DNA of 64,000 nt from a virus: IMG/VR virus record IMGVR_UViG_3300021365_000003. The stretch is one strand, 5' to 3'. The position numbers were made by a program, and so were the translations under genes. A model generated the notes under the pieces. That model had not been told where the DNA came from, ran no database searches, and saw only the letters and a list, made by a program, of their open reading frames with translations. Positions within the stretch are counted from its first letter, which is position 1; the number at the start of each line of letters is the position of its first letter. Shown here piece by piece: positions 1 through 6,202 of the stretch.

Positions 1-5
1 AAAAA

Positions 6-302
6 ATGATTGAATATAATGTAAAAGTGTGGCCCGACGGAACCAAAAAATGGTTTCTAAACGACAAGCGTCACCGTGAAGATGGACCTGCTATTGAGTA
101 TGCCAGCGGAGCCAAAGAGTGGTTTCTAAACGGAAAGCGCCACCGTGAAGATGGCCCAGCTGTTGAGAGGGCCAACGGAAACAAATGGTGGTTCCTAAAC
201 GGAAAGCGGCTTACCGAAAAAGAACACCAAGATCAAACTCAAACATGTACAAACAAAGTAATTGAGATTGACGGAAAGAAATACAAACTAGTCGAGGCAT
301 AA
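6..302 (+). CDS. HREDGPA-repeat (MORN-variant-like) phage protein, 2 full repeats
   Basis: 23-aa repeats W(F)LNGKRHREDGPA(I/V)ExxxGxK; paralog of the next ORF. Confidence 0.85.
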   Translation: MIEYNVKVWPDGTKKWFLNDKRHREDGPAIEYASGAKEWFLNGKRHREDGPAVERANGNKWWFLNGKRLTEKEHQDQTQTCTNKVIEIDGKKYKLVEA

Positions 303-303
303 A

Positions 304-669
304 ATGATTGAATACAAAGTAAAAGTATGGCCCAACGGAACCAAAGCGTGGTCGCTAAACGGAAAGCGTCACCGTGAAGATGGCCCGGCTATAGAGTGTT
401 CCGACGGAACCAAAGAATGGCGGCTAAACGGAGAGTATCACCGTGAAGATGGTCCGGCTATTGAGTGTGCCAGCGGAGACAAAATGTGGTTTCTTGAAGG
501 AAAGTTTCACCGTGAAGATGGCCCTGCTGTTGAACATGCCGACGGAGAAAAATGGTGGTTCCTAAACGACGAACGGCTTACCGAAAAAGAACACCGAGAT
601 CAAACTCAAGCTTGCACAAACAAAGTAATTGAGATCGACGGAAAGAAATACAAACTAGTCGAACTATAA
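304..669 (+). CDS. HREDGPA-repeat phage protein, 3 full repeats
   Basis: Same N- and C-termini as 6..302 plus one extra 69-bp repeat unit. Confidence 0.85.
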   Translation: MIEYKVKVWPNGTKAWSLNGKRHREDGPAIECSDGTKEWRLNGEYHREDGPAIECASGDKMWFLEGKFHREDGPAVEHADGEKWWFLNDERLTEKEHRDQTQACTNKVIEIDGKKYKLVEL

Positions 670-691
670 AATAAATTAAACACAAACAAAA

Positions 692-862
692 ATGAAAGTA
701 GCTGTATATATTGATGGTTTCGAATTCCAAACAAGATTCAATGACGTAGAAGAAGCAATGCTAGGTATTGCCGGACGTGAATCAACTTGGGCTTATGATA
801 ATAATGAATGGAATTGGATTAGCCCTGTTAGTGGAAAACGCTATACAGTAAAACAACTTTAG
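692..862 (+). CDS. small hypothetical protein (56 aa, MKVAVYIDGF...)
   Basis: ATG..TAG ORF read by hand; fills the gap before the tRNA; below the ORF-track cutoff. Confidence 0.6.
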   Translation: MKVAVYIDGFEFQTRFNDVEEAMLGIAGRESTWAYDNNEWNWISPVSGKRYTVKQL

Positions 863-877
863 TGAGAACTACTTAAA

Positions 878-951
878 GCACCCTTAGCTCAGCTGGATAG
901 AGCAATTGCCTTCTAAGCAATCGGTCGCACGTTCGAATCGTGCAGGGTGTA
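878..951 (+). tRNA. tRNA-Arg(TCT)
   Basis: Cloverleaf: GCACCCT/AGGGTGT acceptor, TAGCTCAGCTGGATAGAGC D arm, ATTGC-CTTCTAA-GCAAT anticodon arm, GTTCGAATC T loop; no encoded CCA. Confidence 0.97.
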
Positions 952-976
952 CTATAACGGCAAAGAGAACAAAACA

Positions 977-1123
977 ATGTCAAAGAACAAAAATAAAAAC
1001 AAAGCAAAACCTCGGAACCCTTATCACGAGGTTATGAGAACCCTGTTCAAACCAAAAACCATTCCAGATAAAACAAAACAGAATAACAAGAAAGCCTGTA
1101 GAGGAAAGGTAAGGGAAGACTAA
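977..1123 (+). CDS. small basic protein, possibly ArfA-like (48 aa)
   Basis: MSKNKNKNKAKPRNPYHEVMRTLFKPKTIPDKTKQNNKKACRGKVRED; RNP...LFKPKxIPDK...basic tail pattern. Confidence 0.45.
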   Translation: MSKNKNKNKAKPRNPYHEVMRTLFKPKTIPDKTKQNNKKACRGKVRED

Positions 1124-1333
1124 AACAAAACAAAGACGTTACGTTATATAAACGTTAACATATATATAAAACAAAATTAAACCCCTTATTGAAACAAATA
1201 AGGGGCCGAATAAACCGACTACGATAGGAGAGGCCCCCATCGATTTTGTTTTTAGGTTTTTCGGCCCCCGCCGGGACGCCGCCCCACCGGAGCGACGCTT
1301 GGCGATTTTGTTTTTTTATTTATACCGATCGGA

Positions 1334-1573
1334 TCAGAGTTCAGTCCAATGCGGCGAAGCGCCCTGCCATCTTGCTTGGCAACAATCGCACCAATCTTCG
1401 TAAACCAGAACCTCCCTATTCGACCGGTCCAGGCAGGCAACTTTCCACCAGCCAGCGGCAACATCCTCGCAGTCAGTCAGGGCCGTTTGTTCTAGTTTCA
1501 ATTGCGTCGCTTCAGACCGTCGGACAAGTTCTTGATCAAGTTCGTTCATTACTGCCGTGGTAAGGTCATACAT
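1334..1573 (-). CDS. hypothetical protein
   Basis: ORF co-oriented with 1634..2080; no clear RBS, and it lies past a terminator. Confidence 0.35.
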   Translation of the reverse strand: MYDLTTAVMNELDQELVRRSEATQLKLEQTALTDCEDVAAGWWKVACLDRSNREVLVYEDWCDCCQARWQGASPHWTEL

Positions 1574-1604
1574 AGCGAAGCTTCAAAAAATTTAGGGGAA
1601 AAGC

Positions 1605-1625
1605 AAAAAGGGGGCCGAAGCCCCC
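1605..1625 (-). terminator. intrinsic terminator (minus strand)
   Basis: Minus strand reads GGGGGC-TTCG-GCCCCC-TTTTT just after the stop of 1634..2080. Confidence 0.85.
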
Positions 1626-1633
1626 GAGCCGCC

Positions 1634-2080
1634 TTACTTGGCGACCGTCTCGCCGGAGAGGACCGAAGCGAATGCATCCTCGCTTGAGGTCAGGAAGAAG
1701 AACACCGGAGGCGCTCCTCGCTTGCCCGGTTCGCATTCCATCTTGCGAGCCGAGTCAATGAAGCCGCCAGCCTTGAGCTTGGCGAGGTGCTGTGCAACCG
1801 CATTGCGCTTGATGTTCGCACCACCTTCGAGCAGGACGTTATGAACGTCCGCACACGTTGGACCGTATTGATCCGGGTCGGTTGAGAAGCCGACAAAGCC
1901 CATGAGGACGCTTGCGACAGTCGATTGACGAACGGTGTCCGTCTCACGAGTGCGGCGAGCCTCGGCAGCAAGCGAAGCGGTGAGATCGTAAATCTCCTCA
2001 CGGCGGGATTCGATGCGAATGTCTCGCAGCGTGTATCCGAGTTGAGCCATTGCGATTGCCTTGAAGTTCTGATTAGCCAT
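1634..2080 (-). CDS. winged helix-turn-helix DNA-binding protein
   Basis: VHNVLLEGGANIKRNAVAQHLAKLKAGGFI...KRGAPPVFFFLT is a wHTH-plus-wing pattern; GAGG RBS; downstream of two copies of the repeated promoter. Confidence 0.7.
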   Translation of the reverse strand: MANQNFKAIAMAQLGYTLRDIRIESRREEIYDLTASLAAEARRTRETDTVRQSTVASVLMGFVGFSTDPDQYGPTCADVHNVLLEGGANIKRNAVAQHLAKLKAGGFIDSARKMECEPGKRGAPPVFFFLTSSEDAFASVLSGETVAK

Positions 2081-2124
2081 TGTTTACCTCGTGGGTAGAA
2101 AGAAAGGGCGGCTGAGCCCCGTTA

Positions 2125-2161
2125 CATTAGTTAGACGATTGAGCGCCGGATCTTATCCACA
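2125..2161 (-). promoter_or_regulatory. bipartite ECF-type promoter, copy 1
   Basis: Minus strand TGTGGATAAGATCC-ggcgctcaat-CGTCTAACTAATG. Confidence 0.8.
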
Positions 2162-2227
2162 TAAAGTGAAATAAAGTTCGATTCGGTTGACTTAGCGTCG
2201 CCGCTTTGTCTTCGCTCTCCCGTCTCT

Positions 2228-2264
2228 CATTAGTTAGACGATCGAAGGCCGGATCTTATCCACA
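2228..2264 (-). promoter_or_regulatory. bipartite ECF-type promoter, copy 2
   Basis: Minus strand TGTGGATAAGATCC-ggccttcgat-CGTCTAACTAATG; shares upstream TTTATTTCACTTTA with copy 1. Confidence 0.8.
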
Positions 2265-2355
2265 TAAAGTGAAATAAAATGATAAAAGATGAAAAACCCA
2301 ATGGTTACGGTAGGTTACAGGAATCGGCCCCCGCCGGGCGCTTTTATTGCTTTTA

Positions 2356-2392
2356 TGTGGATAAGATCCGCCCGTTGTTCGTCTAACTAATG
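2356..2392 (+). promoter_or_regulatory. bipartite ECF-type promoter, copy 3
   Basis: TGTGGATAAGATCC-gcccgttgtt-CGTCTAACTAATG. Confidence 0.8.
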
Positions 2393-2412
2393 AACCCAAC
2401 ATGTGAGGAACT

Positions 2413-2565
2413 ATGGCTACAGAAGACTACACGGGGGCGCTAACGAGCGCCATTCTAGAACTTGCTAAGATAATCGAACTCCTGCTAGCTGAGCGCCAGG
2501 CGCTTGTAGAGAAAATCGAATCCCTAGAGTGGCAAGCGGAACACTACGGCATGCCGCCGCTTTAA
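2413..2565 (+). CDS. small coiled-coil-like early protein (50 aa, MATEDYTGAL...)
   Basis: GAGGAA RBS directly after promoter copy 3; read by hand. Confidence 0.65.
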   Translation: MATEDYTGALTSAILELAKIIELLLAERQALVEKIESLEWQAEHYGMPPL

Positions 2566-2587
2566 ACCCAACACGAGAGGAAAGAAA

Positions 2588-2791
2588 ATGAAAAGAACCA
2601 AACGAACCATTGGATATGAACTCTATCAAGACGGTCAGCTGACTAAAAGCTTTCGAGGCAAGGGCGCTGAACGTCAATTAAAGATGCACATGCGGACGGT
2701 GACCGATTACGATCGGGTCATCCAGAAGGTTCGCCAGAAAGATGGATCGGTCAAGTGGAAATTCTATAAGACAGATCGCAACGTACTTTGA
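2588..2791 (+). CDS. small basic early hypothetical protein
   Basis: Preceded by the conserved leader AACCCAACACGAGAGGAAAG. Confidence 0.75.
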   Translation: MKRTKRTIGYELYQDGQLTKSFRGKGAERQLKMHMRTVTDYDRVIQKVRQKDGSVKWKFYKTDRNVL

Positions 2792-2797
2792 TCTTTA

Positions 2798-2834
2798 TGT
2801 GGATAAGATCCTCGTCTTATTCGTCTAACTAATG
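2798..2834 (+). promoter_or_regulatory. bipartite ECF-type promoter, copy 4
   Basis: TGTGGATAAGATCC-tcgtcttatt-CGTCTAACTAATG. Confidence 0.8.
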
Positions 2835-2855
2835 AACCCAACACAAAGGAAGAAA

Positions 2856-3047
2856 ATGCTACACACTATTCAAGAAGCCGCCCAATGGATCAACAACTGC
2901 GGCCAGCTTAAGCCCGGCTTGGTTGCCGATATCGAAGTGCTCGCCACCGATCAAGGCTTTGCCGAAGACGATGACGGGATCCGATCGGTGGCTTATCCTC
3001 TTTGGCGAGTCGAGGACTTTCAAGAGTTGCTTGGTTTGATTTCGTAA
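2856..3047 (+). CDS. small acidic early hypothetical protein
   Basis: Start moved to ATG 2856 after the AAGGAAG RBS; the ORF-track start at 2832 lies inside the promoter motif. Confidence 0.7.
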   Translation: MLHTIQEAAQWINNCGQLKPGLVADIEVLATDQGFAEDDDGIRSVAYPLWRVEDFQELLGLIS

Positions 3048-3061
3048 TAAATCAAACTTTA

Positions 3062-3098
3062 TGTGGATAAGATCCTCGTCTTATTCGTCTAACTAATG
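3062..3098 (+). promoter_or_regulatory. bipartite ECF-type promoter, copy 5
   Basis: Identical to copy 4. Confidence 0.8.
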
Positions 3099-3119
3099 AA
3101 CCCAACACGAGAGGAAAAA

Positions 3120-3185
3120 ATGATTGACCTACTTTTCGCAAGCTATCTCATTCTTGGCTTTGTCGGCGCCCTCGCAACCCTCTAA
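3120..3185 (+). CDS. 21-aa hydrophobic peptide MIDLLFASYLILGFVGALATL
   Basis: GAGAGGAA RBS in the conserved leader; single TM-like helix. Confidence 0.55.
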   Translation: MIDLLFASYLILGFVGALATL

Positions 3186-3199
3186 TCGGAGTATACTTT

Positions 3200-3442
3200 A
3201 TGAGCTGCACTTTTACTATTAATCGAGACGGAACCGTCCACGCTTGGCATTCACGAGCTAATACTGATATGCCATTCGGGCGGGTTAGTCTTACCGAGTT
3301 GCTTCAGGGCATGCGTGAATGGGAAGGCGGAAAGCTTATTCAGAACGCCATGCCTTTCCTTGACGCCGGCCGTCGGGAATTCATCATGACCGGAATGACT
3401 CCGGCAATGTGGGATGAATTGTTTCCAGAAAATTGTGGATAA
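3200..3442 (+). CDS. phage hypothetical protein
   Basis: GGAG RBS; GxLIQNAMPFLxAxxREFIMTGxTxxxWDELF pattern recalled from phage small proteins. Confidence 0.75.
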   Translation: MSCTFTINRDGTVHAWHSRANTDMPFGRVSLTELLQGMREWEGGKLIQNAMPFLDAGRREFIMTGMTPAMWDELFPENCG

Positions 3443-3470
3443 GATCCGTCGCCCGTACGTCTAACTAATG
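3434..3470 (+). promoter_or_regulatory. bipartite ECF-type promoter, copy 6
   Basis: TGTGGATAAGATCC-gtcgcccgta-CGTCTAACTAATG; overlaps the stop of the upstream ORF. Confidence 0.8.
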
Positions 3471-3488
3471 AACCCAAGGAGGAAGAAA

Positions 3489-3704
3489 ATGATTTATATT
3501 GTTGGAAATTTTAATGGCGCTTATGGCGCAGAGGGCGCAGTCGATATTGAAGGCGTATACGATTCAAGGGGAGCGGCCGAGCAAGCAATTGCTGAATTCA
3601 ATGAAGATCGAGTTTCAACACTTCGAGCGGCCGGAATCGAGACCGGCTCAATTGATTTCGAAATTCATGAGCTGCCCTTGAACATTTGGATCGGCGGCTT
3701 ATAA
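3489..3704 (+). CDS. small early hypothetical protein (MIYIVGNF...)
   Basis: AGGAGG RBS then ATG 3489. Confidence 0.75.
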   Translation: MIYIVGNFNGAYGAEGAVDIEGVYDSRGAAEQAIAEFNEDRVSTLRAAGIETGSIDFEIHELPLNIWIGGL

Positions 3705-3758
3705 TTAACAAGGCCGCCGATTCCGGTAGGCTAGCAAACCCAACACTAGAGGAAAGCA

Positions 3759-3848
3759 ATGGACGCAGAAAGTATCAAAGACGTTTTAGGTGGTATCGTT
3801 TTAGGTTGTATGTTGATCGTAGGATTGTGCTTGGCCTTTGTGCTTTGA
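3759..3848 (+). CDS. 29-aa membrane peptide MDAESIKDVLGGIVLGCMLIVGLCLAFVL
   Basis: Conserved leader AACCCAACACTAGAGGAAAG; one TM helix. Confidence 0.6.
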   Translation: MDAESIKDVLGGIVLGCMLIVGLCLAFVL

Positions 3849-4029
3849 CGATTTTGTTTTGTTGGGGTAGGGGTCCCCCCTCCCCTCCCCCGGAACCAGG
3901 TTGGCCCGTGGGAGAATGGCCTCCGGCCCGGCTAAGGACACTCGCATGACGCACAGAAAATTTTGAGATTTTAGACCCCCCTCCCCCTATAAGAAAAATA
4001 AGGCCCCCCAAAAAAATCCCGCTCCAAAA

Positions 4030-4081
4030 TTTTTGAGATTTTAAGACTATTTATAAGGCAAGAAACAATTTAAAAGGAAAA
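4030..4081 (+). repeat. about 52-bp promoter/RBS cassette, repeated at 4565..4616 and partly at 5597..5630
   Basis: AGATTTTAAGACTATTTATAAGGCAAGAAACA(A/T)TTTAAAAGGA in front of MK(I/L)TK genes. Confidence 0.9.
4046..4055 (+). promoter_or_regulatory. putative late promoter ACTATTTATA (core CTATTTA also at 4581, 5597, 8128, 9603, 10428, 11239, 17292, 22007, 44537, 47219, 56608)
   Basis: Recurrent CTATTTA(T) shortly upstream of structural and tagged genes, with no -35 element. Confidence 0.7.
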
Positions 4082-4085
4082 TTAA

Positions 4086-4538
4086 ATGAAAATCACAAAA
4101 CAGCATCTAACACATATCATTAAAGAAGAATTGGAAGCGATCATGCAGGAAGGCCAGTCCTTAAGCGATAAGATCGATAATCTTGTCAAGGATATCAAGG
4201 ACCCCGAAACCGGCGTCGATCTAGAGGAGCCTGACTTAATCAAAACGCCGAAATCGTTTCGGGGTCGGGGCACTCAGGTGTACTCAGGCGGTACCGGCGC
4301 CACCAAAGCTCCAAAAGCTTTTCTAAAATTGGGTTCAGAGAACGACACTAGAGCTGTATACAATTACCTCAAAGAAAGATCAGATAAAATAGAAAAAGGA
4401 ATCGTCGGAAAAAATCCGGACGTGAAAGCAACATTTTACATGCTTGGCAAAAATTTTCTTTTAAGAGACATAGATACAAAGAACTTTAGGGTATACTTTT
4501 CAACGGCCGGAATAATGAATAACGTTAGATATCTCTAG
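4086..4538 (+). CDS. MKITK..IIKEE-tagged protein, putative virion cargo
   Basis: N-terminus MKITKQHLTHIIKEELEAIMQE; late promoter upstream. Confidence 0.8.
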   Translation: MKITKQHLTHIIKEELEAIMQEGQSLSDKIDNLVKDIKDPETGVDLEEPDLIKTPKSFRGRGTQVYSGGTGATKAPKAFLKLGSENDTRAVYNYLKERSDKIEKGIVGKNPDVKATFYMLGKNFLLRDIDTKNFRVYFSTAGIMNNVRYL

Positions 4539-4621
4539 TAGAACAGCCAATCCCCCATAGCATTTTTTTCAGATTTTAAGACTATTTATAAGGCAAGAAA
4601 CATTTTAAAAGGAAAAAAACA

Positions 4622-5017
4622 ATGAAGCTCACAAAAGAATACCTAACACAAATCATTAAAGAAGAGATAGAGAAGACGTATAAACACCCACTAGCCCGAG
4701 GAGTTCAGGTTGTTAAAACCGGCGAGACCGTCCGTCCAGAAGATCCAGATGATCCTCATGATGAAATGGCCGGCTATAAAGATACAACCTACGATATTCT
4801 AGATCAACAAGGAAACAAGATCGGCTTCCTAGAGCACGAAAACTACTTTGGCAACCTTGACGGCGAGTTGTACGATAGGTATCTTCCTAGATTGCAGGGA
4901 TATCGCTCTCACGGATCCGGACCATTAGGAAAATTACAATCTTTTTTCAAGTCTAAAACTGGAAGAAAGTGGCTTGATGTAAGCCAGAGAAGGATGCAAA
5001 AGAAAAAAAGTCAATGA
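4622..5017 (+). CDS. MKLTK..IIKEE-tagged protein, putative virion cargo
   Basis: N-terminus MKLTKEYLTQIIKEEIE; late promoter upstream. Confidence 0.8.
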   Translation: MKLTKEYLTQIIKEEIEKTYKHPLARGVQVVKTGETVRPEDPDDPHDEMAGYKDTTYDILDQQGNKIGFLEHENYFGNLDGELYDRYLPRLQGYRSHGSGPLGKLQSFFKSKTGRKWLDVSQRRMQKKKSQ

Positions 5018-5568
5018 AGCTCACAAAACAGTATCTTAGAACCTTAGTTGAAACGGTTTTGGTCGAAGCTTCAGAGGAACGCATTCCTTCCGAAGGGGGC
5101 ACAACGCAATTATACCACTTTACTCAAGAATCACCCGAGAACGCAAAGGAAAAGATATTGCTTGACCCAAAATTATTCGGAAAAATGGGTTATTCAAAAA
5201 AAGATTTGGCGATTTCGGCGGTTCCTCGCACGTTTTTCTATGTGAATCCAGCAGAGAAAGAAAGTTTTTTTGCTAACAAGGCGCTTTATACAGCAAACGT
5301 TCCCACGGCCGACATTTATAACCTTGCCGATGACCCGGAGGGGGTGAAAGCGGCAGTCCGAAAAGAAAACTATAACATTCTTGACATGGATCAGGTGCTA
5401 AAAAAGGTTTCCGGATGGCAACAAGGCGCTTGGGGCACCGAAAACCAAGGAAAATGGATAAAAAATCCTGGTATGGCCGATGGAATGTACTATGAAACAC
5501 CAAGTTTTGCTGTTGTGGTAATGTTCCGGCCCGTTGAGGCTTTTCTTTCCGACGAACAAACCTCTTAA
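5014..5568 (+). CDS. tagged protein with possible ADP-ribosyltransferase fold
   Basis: Tag MKLTKQYLRTLVETVLVE; LYHFT...FFY...LY...DGMYY...VVMFRP spacing resembles H-Y-type ART domains. Confidence 0.5.
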   Translation: MKLTKQYLRTLVETVLVEASEERIPSEGGTTQLYHFTQESPENAKEKILLDPKLFGKMGYSKKDLAISAVPRTFFYVNPAEKESFFANKALYTANVPTADIYNLADDPEGVKAAVRKENYNILDMDQVLKKVSGWQQGAWGTENQGKWIKNPGMADGMYYETPSFAVVVMFRPVEAFLSDEQTS

Positions 5569-5637
5569 ACATCAAAAAATTTATAAAAAATTCGAAACTA
5601 TTTATAAGGCAAGAAACATTTTAAAGGAGAAACAAAA

Positions 5638-6144
5638 ATGAAAATCACAAAACAGTACCTCGTTAAAGTCATCAAAGAGGAGCTTGAGGGGACACTCGAA
5701 GAAGACGAGAAACAAGGCGCCGCAATGATTTTAAAAGCATTAAATAAAGAGATCGCAGAAAGACCAGAACTGCAAAAAGACGTTAAAGCAATTGCAGAGG
5801 CGATATCGCTTAATGAAAACTCACCTCGATCGTACGCCTGGCACGACGCCCTGGAGACCGATCCTGAACGACTCGGCAAGGCAGGTGCGATCTTAGGAGG
5901 GGGTATCGGGGCCATGACAGGTACCGGTACGGCGGTGGCGGCCACCGTTGCAACCGCCATAGCTAGCCTCTCTAGCCCGCAAATAGCTGATATGATCCGG
6001 ATGCTTACCGATCGTGGGCTCATGACGTTTGGGCCGGCCGGGACTTTAGCAATCATGGGTACCGCAGCTGTGGTAATCCCTGCGATCATAGGCGCTATTA
6101 AAGGTTATAAGAAGGGAAAATCGATCGGGGTACCTAACTCCTAG
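5638..6144 (+). CDS. tagged protein with Gly/Ala-rich hydrophobic helices
   Basis: Tag MKITKQYLVKVIKEELE; GxxxG-rich GAILGGGIGAMTG and a C-terminal TM-like segment. Confidence 0.75.
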   Translation: MKITKQYLVKVIKEELEGTLEEDEKQGAAMILKALNKEIAERPELQKDVKAIAEAISLNENSPRSYAWHDALETDPERLGKAGAILGGGIGAMTGTGTAVAATVATAIASLSSPQIADMIRMLTDRGLMTFGPAGTLAIMGTAAVVIPAIIGAIKGYKKGKSIGVPNS

Positions 6145-6202
6145 AGCATGCCCCCTAGCATGTCAAACTATCGATAAAAACACCACTAAAAAGGAGAAAT
6201 TA

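Noticed and set aside
6-669. Diversity-generating retroelement TR/VR pair
   Set aside because: Differences are not confined to adenines, both copies are intact genes, and no reverse transcriptase is in the window
2295-2320. Xer/dif-like recombination site between the divergent promoters
   Set aside because: Only a weak imperfect palindrome, and no recombinase in the window
2125-3470. CRISPR array interpretation of the repeats
   Set aside because: Copies are 90-440 bp apart, in both orientations, have a variable centre and are separated by ORFs with RBSs
2832-3470. ATG within CTAATG as a universal leaderless start
   Set aside because: In frame for three plus-strand copies but out of frame or immediately stopped for the others; downstream SD-led starts are better supported
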